The notes under the pieces were generated by a model that worked only from the letters and a program-made list of their open reading frames with translations, did no database searches and was not told the origin of the DNA. A stretch of 22,155 nt of DNA, taken from UHGV virus genome UHGV-0059692; one strand, 5' to 3'. The stretch comes from a virus. Shown here piece by piece: positions 1 through 8,957 of the stretch. Numbering within the stretch: the stretch's first letter is position 1; every line of letters begins with the position of its first letter. The position numbers were made by a program, and so were the translations under genes.

Positions 1-156
<156 letters not shown>

Positions 157-526
157 TTATTTTGTAGTCTAGCCTTCTGGCCCTGTTACGCAACATCTCA
201 TCACCCCATTACCCTGAAATGATTAATAAAATTCTGTCTAAATTGAATACAAAAAGCAAAATGCTTTTCCGTATACAAACCGTGTGAAGTGTTAAATAGC
301 GTCTATCATTATCAGAATTATCTGATCATATGACGTGGCTTTTTTGCGATCGGATAGCAACAAAAATTGATAAAAATAATGGGATCTCAATGATTACACA
401 CAACTTCAATACCCTGGACTTACTCACCAGTCCTGTCTGGAATGATTAGCGCAACGAATAATCATTTATGAAACAGAATGTTATGTTGTTTTTGATTTTG
501 GTTTTTGATATTTGGTCACTATTTGG

Positions 527-560
527 TACACAAAAAGAAACGAGGCGTTAGCCTCGTTTC
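527..560 (-). terminator. Rho-independent terminator ending the tail-fibre transcription unit
   Basis: 10-bp stem gaaacgaggc (537-546) / gcctcgtttc (551-560) with loop gtta; on the minus strand it is followed by TTTTTGTGT. No T-run on the plus strand, so unidirectional. Confidence 0.6.
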
Positions 561-603
561 GCGGCGATGTCTTTAACATCACCATGCTGTTACTATTGCA
601 CCA

Positions 604-870
604 TCAAGCCCACGCGCGGACGCCGGGATCTGGAATGATGAATTTTTCCAGCGGCGACAAATCAACATCGTCACCAGTAATGCGCATGTTGACGTAATAG
701 CCTTTTTTCTCAATCAGTACAGGCGTGTCGCTTTCTGGATCATCGAATACAAGAACAAAACCAATGTCATTAATAAACACGGTTTGCTGATTGGTGTCCA
801 GCCAGCCGCTGTTAATCACGATGTCGTTGTATTGCTGTTTATCAGTAAATTGCAAGCTAACGTCTTTCAT
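604..870 (-). CDS. Hypothetical small protein (88 aa) immediately downstream of tail fibre
   Basis: ATG at 870-868 preceded by AAGGTGG; the track's longer ORF starts at a TTG inside the tail-fibre stop region. Starts 10 nt after the tail-fibre stop (TAA 883-881). Family not recognised. Confidence 0.55.
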   Translation of the reverse strand: MKDVSLQFTDKQQYNDIVINSGWLDTNQQTVFINDIGFVLVFDDPESDTPVLIEKKGYYVNMRITGDDVDLSPLEKFIIPDPGVRAWA

Positions 871-880
871 GTTAACCACC

Positions 881-2668
881 TTAAACAATTTCGCTTAATT
901 GAGAATCAGTTAATGCTTTGTGCCAAATACGAAAATTTCTGATATGTCCGAACAAGTGGCGCGTTCCATCGGATGTCTGACCACCAAAGCGGATGTTTTT
1001 GTCCTGTGTCACACCACCGTAGATACAAGTCGCATCACTAGCAGGTGCACCGTTCATGATCACATGGAATGTTCCATCGCCTTTAACCACCGCGCCAATA
1101 GTGGCGTTATCAGTTAACTTAACACCAGCGGCAGAATTGATGTAAGCACCGTCGCTTTTGGATAGAGACATGTAATACTGACCGCTACCACGGTTAACCG
1201 CAGCGATAACTGACTGCCCATTCTTAGCGTTGGCAATATCCCAAACACGCGGCGCGGAGTTAGGCGCTCTGAACCAGTCCTTGTGAAGTTCGAGCAGGAA
1301 ACTGAACGGAGGACGCGCAAGGTTGTTTTTAGTCGTAATACTTACCATATCGCTCGCACGGGTAGAAGGAGTTGAACCTGAGCTAATATACGATGATGCA
1401 TTCGTACCAAGTTCGACTTGAGGAGTTGCCAGTTCCATGTAGTCGCCGGACACGAACGCGCTAACCGGAGCAAACTGAATTTGCGCGGTAACCAGCGTTA
1501 CGGTTGATTTATACGTCACCACTGCGCGATTCCATCCGGTGATGCTGTCCGTTGTTACGCTAACAGTGAGTTTGTCTGCATCGCCGCCTGTCTTCGTTAC
1601 AGACATGTCGCTTAGTTTGATATACGCATCACACAGGAATGCCAGACTGGAAGTGTCTTCACCACCAGCAAAACGGATACGCAACCGGACGTCGTTTGAC
1701 GAACGAAAACGACAAGAAGCGGTGACGTACTGTTCATCGTGCTGAGTAGTGTCGATAACGTTAGCAGTGATCACTGACGCCATGTTGCAACCACCAGTGC
1801 CGCCAACTGCACTGTCGTCGATCACGAATTTTCCGTACAGGAAACCGTAGCTGTCAGTTTCTGCTGTAGCGGTGACATTAGTTGATCGGCCCCAATTTGC
1901 AGGGACGCTACCGTTGATAAGGAAGTTTGTGCGAGCACCTTCGATTAATAATCCTTCGCGTTCGAAACGTGGCTCGTTAATATCAGCTACGGTTAAAACT
2001 CCTGATTTGTTAATGTAAGTAGCTGTACTTGCGCGGGAGAAAGAAACAACCTTATCTGATGATATTGTTTTTTCTTCACCATCAATGGTTACTTTTTTCG
2101 TGCCTGAGCCGTAGCCAGTGATTATATCCAGAGAATCGTTAAACGGTATCCATACGTCCGGCAGCGGCTGCAAAACATACGCGTAAGGCTGTGCCGTCTG
2201 ATTGGCGTATTCGTGGGCCTCGTCTCTGTATGTCTTAGCTGAATCGGCGGCGGTTGTCGCTGTTGTTGCCGCGTTGGTTGCAGTGGTAGCTGATTCTGAT
2301 GCTAATTTCGAGGCTGAAATAACATCTTTGTTGTCGCTAAAAAATTCAACGGCGTCAGCTATTTCTGATTCTTTGCCCTGATAGTAACGCAGTGTTTCGG
2401 CAACATCCTGAGCAAGGCCATCCACAGAGATCGAATCTGAAAGCAGGATGCTATATTTAGTTCCAGCCGGAATTGCCGGGCTTGCCGCCGGAGTTACTGA
2501 CAAACTTGTCGCGCTTTTTACCTCTGTGATTGAGAAAATCTGCACCGGATTGCTAATGGCAATAAGGGTGCAACCCACTCTAATCATAGATAATGCGGCA
2601 TTGAATTCAGTGCCAGCTCCAGTAACTGTTTTTCCGCTAACGGCTATCGTGCCTGTTGTGTAAATCAT
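881..2668 (-). CDS. Tail fibre protein with probable C-terminal concanavalin/LamG-like lectin domain
   Basis: 595 aa; Thr/Ala/Ser-rich N-terminal region (ATTATNAATTATTAADSAK); C-terminal segment HLFGHIRNFRIWHKALTDSQLSEIV resembles the conserved end of LamG-type jelly-roll domains in phage fibre proteins; GGAG 8 nt upstream of the ATG. Confidence 0.8.
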   Translation of the reverse strand: MIYTTGTIAVSGKTVTGAGTEFNAALSMIRVGCTLIAISNPVQIFSITEVKSATSLSVTPAASPAIPAGTKYSILLSDSISVDGLAQDVAETLRYYQGKESEIADAVEFFSDNKDVISASKLASESATTATNAATTATTAADSAKTYRDEAHEYANQTAQPYAYVLQPLPDVWIPFNDSLDIITGYGSGTKKVTIDGEEKTISSDKVVSFSRASTATYINKSGVLTVADINEPRFEREGLLIEGARTNFLINGSVPANWGRSTNVTATAETDSYGFLYGKFVIDDSAVGGTGGCNMASVITANVIDTTQHDEQYVTASCRFRSSNDVRLRIRFAGGEDTSSLAFLCDAYIKLSDMSVTKTGGDADKLTVSVTTDSITGWNRAVVTYKSTVTLVTAQIQFAPVSAFVSGDYMELATPQVELGTNASSYISSGSTPSTRASDMVSITTKNNLARPPFSFLLELHKDWFRAPNSAPRVWDIANAKNGQSVIAAVNRGSGQYYMSLSKSDGAYINSAAGVKLTDNATIGAVVKGDGTFHVIMNGAPASDATCIYGGVTQDKNIRFGGQTSDGTRHLFGHIRNFRIWHKALTDSQLSEIV

Positions 2669-2865
2669 TGCAATGACTCCATTGTGTTAATTAACGGAAT
2701 AATTCTACCATTTTGTAATCCGCGTTACACTTTGAGCTTATACATAATGTATTTTTTGATCTATATCAACATACGAAATGATAGCTTCTGCGGTGATTTG
2801 CTCATCGGATGGGTGGATCATCACGAACAACAAATGACAGTAAAACAAACAGTAAGGTGAATACA

Positions 2866-3126
2866 ATGAAAAAACTAATTGTTGCTTGCATCTTATCGGC
2901 TCTGTCTTTTGGTGCTTTTGCTTCTGTAAATTCGACAGATAAGAGTGATGCTGGCACTGCTCAATATGGTGATACTAGCCTTGATAACCAACGTTCGAGT
3001 TATTTCAATACTGACTCATGGAAAGAAAAACAACTACAAGGTAAAATTATTGACAGTGAATGTAATTTACCTATCCATTTTTCTGGTGTAAATGATGGGT
3101 GTGAAAAAAATAAAAACAATGCATAA
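2866..3126 (+). CDS. Small secreted protein (86 aa precursor) with two cysteines; moron between J and tail fibre
   Basis: ATG at 2866 preceded by AAGGTG (2854-2859); N-terminus MKKLIVACILSALSFGAFA looks like a Sec signal peptide; opposite strand to all neighbours; AT-rich. Confidence 0.6.
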   Translation: MKKLIVACILSALSFGAFASVNSTDKSDAGTAQYGDTSLDNQRSSYFNTDSWKEKQLQGKIIDSECNLPIHFSGVNDGCEKNKNNA

Positions 3127-3154
3127 AAAAACGGGGCTTATGCCCCGTTTTTTT
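3124..3154. terminator. Bidirectional rho-independent terminator shared by the 2866-3126 gene and J
   Basis: Perfect hairpin cggggc-ttat-gccccg (3132-3147) flanked by an A-run (3124-3131) and a T-run (3148-3154); the stop codons of both convergent genes sit in the flanking runs. Confidence 0.7.
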
Positions 3155-6100
3155 ATGCTGTCGTTGATGTGCTAAATGATCCGGTGCCTCTTGCTACTAT
3201 CATTGTTGGAGAATACAACGCGGTACAATATGCGTATCCTTCAGATGATGATGTTTGAGGACAATATATTTTCCCGATAATATCTGATGCTTTTAAATCA
3301 GAAAAAGCGCATTGCACTGTTAATGTGCATCCACCATAAGGTACGTAATATGAAATTGTTTTGTTTTTACCTCCGCAACTAAACGTTACGTTATAAGTGG
3401 ATCTATATTCACCAGACATTAATGAAATAGTCGCCATAAGCATAACTGATTTCGTCAATGCATTATCCGTGCTGTCTTTATATGTGATGGTTGCGCTATA
3501 ACTTCCGTTATGCCCAAGTACTCGATCTGGACCAACCCCCATGTTAGCAACGTCACCGATAAATGACTTTGCCTCTACTGTACCTTTAAACTTCCCGCTT
3601 GTGGCCTGAATCTCACCAGTGAATTTACCAGATGTTGCGTACACCGTACCGCGTACAGTGACGTTGTTGAACTCCGCATTGCCGTTTTTATTTAGCATCC
3701 AGCCAGCAGAACCAGCTTTATAGTTGGTTGATTGAATTTGCTGCGCAATCTTCGCGGTAGTGATTGATGCGTCTCTGATCCACGCATCACGGATGTAGCA
3801 AGCACCGTTAGTAACATAGAACGGGGTCTGATAGGAGCCACCTGCCGCAGTCATAAGCACGAAACGGTCAACGAGGAAAATACACTGCGATTGAACGTTA
3901 GTCCCGCTACCAGTAAGGCCGAGCGACATTCCTGTAGCGTATTTCATGCCGTTTTTATCAGTGGCAATCTTAATTGAATATGACGCATCAACGTTACCTT
4001 TGAAGTCAGTCAGTGCTTTTGATGTCGTTTCTATCGCCGTTGTGTTTCCGTTAATAGTTACTTTCAACTGGTCGATTCTGGTTGACAATGCCTCGTCTGC
4101 CGTTGCCATAGCCCGCGACCATTCCGTGATGCTTGAGTTTACATCGTCGAAAGATGCCGATATTTGGACAAATTTTTCAGCACTTGATGCCTCGTGAGTT
4201 GCGAGCGCCGTTGATATATCTGTTATTTTTGCTGAAATGTTTTCATTAATATTGGCTTCAAGTGATGATATAGCCTCCGCGCGGGCCTGGGTTTCGTCCG
4301 CTATTGCTGTGTCGATCCTTGCTATTTCCGCTTTTGTTTTTATCTGGCCTTTCCTGTACTTCGCCTCAATAACAGTGCTCGCCTTGCTTTGCGCTATTGA
4401 GTTGTTGATAAGTGCAAGCGAGGCGTTTTGCAGACTTGCTTTCGCCTGATCTATTTCGTCGTTGTTTTTATCAACCTTATTTTCAACAAGACCAAGCTCC
4501 GCACTGATACCTGATATTGCCTGAGCGCGCGCGCTTGATTCGTCAGCGATAGCTTGATCCAGGCGGCTAACACTGGCATTTGTGTTATTTTCAAGCGTTG
4601 TTAAATCAGCTTTAACCTCTGTTATTGCATCGCTTCTTGCCTGCGTTTCATCTGATATTGCTTTATCGAGACGAGAAACGCTCGCATTAGTTTTGTTTTC
4701 CAGGCTGCTGATACTGGCGTTAACGTTGCTTATAGCCTCTGTTCTCGCCTGTGTTTCTGTTGCTATCGCTTTGTCTACGCGTGCTATTTCACCTTTGGTG
4801 TTTGAGTCCATCGCGCTTATTTCGGCTGTGATGGTTTCCAGTGATTCCGCTGTCGATTTTTTCTCCTCTGCGATAACGTTGTCGATGCGGTCAATCTGTG
4901 CCTTTGTTTCGTTGCGGCCTTTCTTATATTGAGCGGTAAGAGTAACCCGCGTGTTAGTTTGAGCAAGCGAGTTGTTGATCAGAGCAAGCGAAGCGTTTTG
5001 TAGACTTGCTTTTGTCTGTGCCAGTTCGTTATTAACGTTTTCGTTTGATACCTCTAATGAGTCTATTCTTACCTCATGTTTGCCTATTTCGTCGGCGTTT
5101 TCTTCGACTTTTTTATAAAGGGCTTCGGTGTCTTTTTTAAGTGTATCTGTATCAGCTTTAAGGCCATCTGTAGCTGTTTTAAGGTCGGCGGTTGCTGTTT
5201 TAAGGTCGGCGGTTGCGCTTTCTATAATATCAGTGCGATCACCAAGATCCTTAATATCACTTACCATTCCCTTAAATTGTTCTGAATTCATCACGTCTTT
5301 GGTGACGTAATCGCTAATTTCATCAAAATTTTCTGTCGGCTTACCTGATGCTTCCACAAAGTCAGACACGCCAAAAGCGTTACGCGTGCGCACATAAACG
5401 TAATAAGTATGGCCTGTATTCATGCCGCCAAACGTCCACTGATACCCGCGCCCGGTAAACTGCGCAGACGTGGTTATTTTTGCAGGATCCGTAATCTGGT
5501 TTTCCCCTGCATAGTAGAATTCATACGCTGTATCAGTTGTTAGCGTTGTCTTGCTTATCGGGTACACTGTAGCCTGAAATACACCTGGAACCCAGTTAAC
5601 GCCTATTGGCGAGTCGGGCGCACCGATAACAAGATCTACTATGCTTTCTGCACCCTTCATGCCAGTGTCATTTCTTCCGCGAACGCCTAACGAATACGCG
5701 CCAGCGTCGATGCCATAAAAATCATAACTGTATTTCGTTGTTTCGTAGCTTTTAACAACCGCACCATCGGCGTTATATATGCGGATCTCAAAGGTCATGC
5801 GATGCGTTGTTGTCTGTGTTTCCCATGTAGCGCGGCATTGAACCGTCTCTGACGCAATGTTTATGACTTTCAGGTTTTCGATGTTCGGAACACGGAAATG
5901 ATTAAGCGTGTCATTGTTGATTTCAAATATTGCTCCCTCATCAACTACCGCTTGTTTGTTCGGGTCATGTTGCGCTGCTTCGATGGTATACACGCTATTA
6001 TTTTCGGTTTCGGCTACACTGGTGATCCGACACAAAACTGGTTTTGCGGATTCAGTGGATACAGCAAAAACAGTGCCGTTGCGAATCCATGCCGGGGCCG

Positions 6101-7736
6101 CTGCCAGTGTGATTTTGTTCCCGTTAACTCCGGTGATCTGATGTTTTTTAAATTTACCATCGCTATCAAGCAGGCTAATGGTATCGCCAGCGGAGATATA
6201 TTTAGCGTCGACCTTGTCTACAGTTACTACTCTGCCATTGTTCGCAACGATGCGACCACCTAAGCGAGCGCCTGCGCGGTTATTGTCCAGGATCTCGATA
6301 ATATCCCCTGGCGTAAAGTGAATAGCGTCACGGGCCATTTTAAATGTGAATTTTGACGGCTCGCGTTTTGCTGTTTCTATCAGCCATTTGCCAGCGCGGT
6401 GCGCTTGCCCGCGTGAAGTGCACCCGAACGCCTCTAGCGTGGTTTCGTTATAACCATCACGGGCAATTAGATCATCATCTGCTACATACTCTTTTGATTG
6501 CTCCCAGCCGTTTTCAGGGTCAGTCCAGGACACAATCACGGCGTTGTAGCATTCCGCGCGGGAGATACTCGATCGAGTGAACGCCCCGTCAACGACGTTT
6601 GCGTTTGTAATGGTGGCGATCGGGTCTTGTGGTGCATCAATCATCACTGTGAGGCGTTGCCCGTCCCATAACGCGATGCCTCGGAACATCCCGGCGATAT
6701 TGTCCAGTAAGTCGCGGGCGCTCATCTGCTCCGTAATGTAAGCATTAAGCGTCATGCGAGGCTCAAGGCCGCCATAACCATCATCGACCAGCTGATCGCA
6801 GTATTGAGAAAGCGTATATAATGCGCCGTCGTCAACGTCAATATAGCCAGCATGACGGGCAAGGCCGAAACGCTTGTTTTTAACCAGATAGCGGAATATC
6901 CAGGCGGGGTTATTACTGTATGCCTGTTTGAATCCGCCAAGCCATAAACCGGAATAAGTGCGCGTTTCCGGGTTATAGTTATCAGGAACATCAACAATCA
7001 GCCCGCGCAGGTGATAAGTGCGAGTAGGCGTGTCAGTGTACTGATCATGATCAATCACAGCGCCAGCTACAGCGGTGTGAGGATAAGACAAATTATCGTC
7101 GATTATTTCGCTGTAACTACTCCATCTCGTATCATTCCGCAATAGATCGCCTGTGCTATCGGCTGTTACACGGCGAACACGAATATCAAATGGCTTTTCA
7201 TCTGGTGCATTGATAATATGCGCTTCAAGATATTCTCCGCTGATCTTGCCCGGGCCTATAGTTACGTCTTTAACAAGCGTCCATGTAGAAGAAGATGAAG
7301 GCTTGACGTCAATCATCATCATAACCGATGTGTTATGTTGATTGCTTTGCTCGTCAGATTGTACAAGTGAATCGACGCCGATGTTCAGGCGAACGCGCGT
7401 AACGTTAGGATCTGATACCGTCCTGATTATTGGTGTGTCATGTTTAACCTGTGCGTTAACAATAACGGTTGACTCAATGGCGTTAAAACCGTTAATAGGT
7501 GATTGATCTAACGTGCCGTTACGCCACGCCACGCTAACACCCGGGACACTTGTATTGCCGTTCGCGTCTGTAACAGGCGTATCATTAAGCATCACGCTAT
7601 TTAATGGCGCTTTTGTATTTACAGGTCCATAAATCGGACCTTCCGAAATAATATCAAGTACACGATAAAATTGTTTATGGTATAGATTATCGTTAATTAA
7701 AGTCGGTGTTTTTGCTTTACCGCCGCCGCTACTCAT
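3153..7736 (-). CDS. J: Central tail fibre / host specificity protein (lambda J family), enlarged by a coiled-coil insert
   Basis: 1527 aa; N-terminal and central regions share recalled lambda J motifs (ISEGPIYGPV, LRGLIVDVPDNYNPETRTYSG, AFGCTSRGQAHRAGKWLIETAK); AGGAGAA upstream of ATG; repeat-rich helical segment at about 4300-5300. Confidence 0.9.
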   Translation of the reverse strand: MSSGGGKAKTPTLINDNLYHKQFYRVLDIISEGPIYGPVNTKAPLNSVMLNDTPVTDANGNTSVPGVSVAWRNGTLDQSPINGFNAIESTVIVNAQVKHDTPIIRTVSDPNVTRVRLNIGVDSLVQSDEQSNQHNTSVMMMIDVKPSSSSTWTLVKDVTIGPGKISGEYLEAHIINAPDEKPFDIRVRRVTADSTGDLLRNDTRWSSYSEIIDDNLSYPHTAVAGAVIDHDQYTDTPTRTYHLRGLIVDVPDNYNPETRTYSGLWLGGFKQAYSNNPAWIFRYLVKNKRFGLARHAGYIDVDDGALYTLSQYCDQLVDDGYGGLEPRMTLNAYITEQMSARDLLDNIAGMFRGIALWDGQRLTVMIDAPQDPIATITNANVVDGAFTRSSISRAECYNAVIVSWTDPENGWEQSKEYVADDDLIARDGYNETTLEAFGCTSRGQAHRAGKWLIETAKREPSKFTFKMARDAIHFTPGDIIEILDNNRAGARLGGRIVANNGRVVTVDKVDAKYISAGDTISLLDSDGKFKKHQITGVNGNKITLAAAPAWIRNGTVFAVSTESAKPVLCRITSVAETENNSVYTIEAAQHDPNKQAVVDEGAIFEINNDTLNHFRVPNIENLKVINIASETVQCRATWETQTTTHRMTFEIRIYNADGAVVKSYETTKYSYDFYGIDAGAYSLGVRGRNDTGMKGAESIVDLVIGAPDSPIGVNWVPGVFQATVYPISKTTLTTDTAYEFYYAGENQITDPAKITTSAQFTGRGYQWTFGGMNTGHTYYVYVRTRNAFGVSDFVEASGKPTENFDEISDYVTKDVMNSEQFKGMVSDIKDLGDRTDIIESATADLKTATADLKTATDGLKADTDTLKKDTEALYKKVEENADEIGKHEVRIDSLEVSNENVNNELAQTKASLQNASLALINNSLAQTNTRVTLTAQYKKGRNETKAQIDRIDNVIAEEKKSTAESLETITAEISAMDSNTKGEIARVDKAIATETQARTEAISNVNASISSLENKTNASVSRLDKAISDETQARSDAITEVKADLTTLENNTNASVSRLDQAIADESSARAQAISGISAELGLVENKVDKNNDEIDQAKASLQNASLALINNSIAQSKASTVIEAKYRKGQIKTKAEIARIDTAIADETQARAEAISSLEANINENISAKITDISTALATHEASSAEKFVQISASFDDVNSSITEWSRAMATADEALSTRIDQLKVTINGNTTAIETTSKALTDFKGNVDASYSIKIATDKNGMKYATGMSLGLTGSGTNVQSQCIFLVDRFVLMTAAGGSYQTPFYVTNGACYIRDAWIRDASITTAKIAQQIQSTNYKAGSAGWMLNKNGNAEFNNVTVRGTVYATSGKFTGEIQATSGKFKGTVEAKSFIGDVANMGVGPDRVLGHNGSYSATITYKDSTDNALTKSVMLMATISLMSGEYRSTYNVTFSCGGKNKTISYYVPYGGCTLTVQCAFSDLKASDIIGKIYCPQTSSSEGYAYCTALYSPTMIVARGTGSFSTSTTA
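4401..4448. repeat. Copy 1 of a dispersed 48-bp direct repeat inside J
   Basis: gttgttgataagtgcaagcgaggcgttttgcagacttgctttcgcctg; matches 4971-5018 with about 6 mismatches by eye; encodes the repeated motif ASLQNASLALINNS. Confidence 0.6.
4971..5018. repeat. Copy 2 of the dispersed 48-bp direct repeat inside J
   Basis: gttgttgatcagagcaagcgaagcgttttgtagacttgcttttgtctg; about 570 bp from copy 1, in frame. Confidence 0.6.
5173..5214. repeat. Perfect 21-bp tandem direct repeat, two copies, in frame within J
   Basis: gctgttttaaggtcggcggtt occurs at 5173-5193 and again at 5194-5214; encodes ATADLKT ATADLKT on the minus strand. Confidence 0.85.
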
Positions 7737-7750
7737 GGTTAATTCTCCTG

Positions 7751-8281
7751 TTAACTTACAACGTCTAAGGCGTCTTTATTGTTTGTTGTGTCTATGCCTA
7801 ACGATCCGACGTTTGAACCTACTTTCATTTCTCCTAATAGGATTGGCACTGGTCTACCCTGTCCTACCCTGTTTTCTATGCTGGTGTAAGTGTTATTAGT
7901 TATGGTGTTATCCTGCGCGCTTTCTGATGATGTTTTTACCTTCATGTTGCGAGACATAAAAATAGAAAAAGCGACGCTGACAACTGATATACCAATCATA
8001 ATCCAGCCGATCACACCAATACCTGCAATACCACCTTCAACTATTGGCGCAATAATTACCGTAGTTCCATCTGGATATTTGCTATTAACAGCCGCTGGCG
8101 CGGTCTTTTCGTTGTAATCTTTCCCGGCAATTCGTAAGCGCAAAGGTGTATTTAAAAACGCCTTTTTAAATTCCTGATTCTGCGCGGTCAATAAGCGAAG
8201 CCCTTGCGCTGGCGTTTCAACGTTTAAACACACTTTGCTGTAATATCTTCGAAGATTGCCCGTAAATCTAAATTTGAGCAT
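7751..8281 (-). CDS. I: Tail assembly protein I (lambda gpI-like)
   Basis: 176 aa; C-terminal GEMKVGSNVGSLGIDT resembles the recalled lambda gpI GEMRVGSRVVSQEIST; glycine-rich hydrophobic central segment; GGAG upstream; overlaps the K 3' end as in lambda. Confidence 0.8.
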   Translation of the reverse strand: MLKFRFTGNLRRYYSKVCLNVETPAQGLRLLTAQNQEFKKAFLNTPLRLRIAGKDYNEKTAPAAVNSKYPDGTTVIIAPIVEGGIAGIGVIGWIMIGISVVSVAFSIFMSRNMKVKTSSESAQDNTITNNTYTSIENRVGQGRPVPILLGEMKVGSNVGSLGIDTTNNKDALDVVS

Positions 8282-8955
8282 TTATCAGATCTCCATATTG
8301 AATGCGTTTGTCGAACATAAGCAGGCCGCATTTGCTCGCGGCGGCTTAATAATCCGGCATGGTCATGATGCAAAACCGTGTTATCACCCAGGTAAATCAT
8401 TGCGTGACACGGGTCAGCGCCTTTGAATGGCTGGCGAATGATCACATCACCAGGCTGTATGCTTTGCGCATCAACCTGATAAAACCCGTTCAATGGCAGG
8501 TTTTTCAAATACAGGTTTTCACCGCGAAGCCACCAGCCATCAAGGCGCTCGACGTCAGGCAGGTCTACACCGCAAAGGTGATATGCGTCGCGGAAAAGCG
8601 CGTAGCAGTCTGTCGTTCCGTGTACGAATTTACGGCCTAGCAGGTGCGCAACCGGACGGAATTTCCTGATCTTGCCGCCGGAATATAAAAACCAGGGTAG
8701 CCCGGAAATAACCTGCTGTTGTCGATCCCGCGCTGACAATACCGGAATATCATCAATGTGGGAGTGGAAAACGGCGGTTATAACGCCTAATTCGTCCGCT
8801 TTGATGTAATCGTCCGGCGAAATTTTGAAGCTGTTGTAAGGCGTTTCAGACACGTTAGCGCACGGGTAAAAATACTCGTGATCTATTACAAGTCCGCAAA
8901 CTTCCTTAAACGGATGTGCGGCGGCATAACGCAACATTTTGTCTTCCATCACCAT
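8224..8955 (-). CDS. K: Tail assembly protein K (lambda gpK-like; MPN/JAB and NlpC/P60-type domains)
   Basis: Start taken as ATG 8955-8953 directly after the L stop (TAATC ATG), with AAGGTAGG upstream; contains HSH..D and a Cys/His-containing C-terminal half typical of gpK. Confidence 0.85.
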   Translation of the reverse strand: MVMEDKMLRYAAAHPFKEVCGLVIDHEYFYPCANVSETPYNSFKISPDDYIKADELGVITAVFHSHIDDIPVLSARDRQQQVISGLPWFLYSGGKIRKFRPVAHLLGRKFVHGTTDCYALFRDAYHLCGVDLPDVERLDGWWLRGENLYLKNLPLNGFYQVDAQSIQPGDVIIRQPFKGADPCHAMIYLGDNTVLHHDHAGLLSRREQMRPAYVRQTHSIWRSDKCSNLDLRAIFEDITAKCV

Positions 8956-8957
8956 GA

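Noticed and set aside
512-697. Plus-strand 61-aa ORF
   Set aside because: It runs straight through the terminator hairpin and into the 3' end of the minus-strand gene at 604-870; no translation signals.
4400-5220. Repeated sequence blocks that might suggest a CRISPR array or other non-coding repeat locus
   Set aside because: The repeats are in frame inside J, are irregular in length and spacing, and encode helical heptad-like protein repeats; there are no regular repeat-spacer units.
3946-6580. Several plus-strand ORFs of 60-121 aa inside the J gene (3946-4197, 4237-4449, 4582-4932, 5076-5310, 5898-6263, 6353-6580)
   Set aside because: They are antisense to a well-supported long gene, lack ribosome-binding sites, and have low-complexity compositions consistent with reverse-strand reading of a repeat-rich coiled-coil region.
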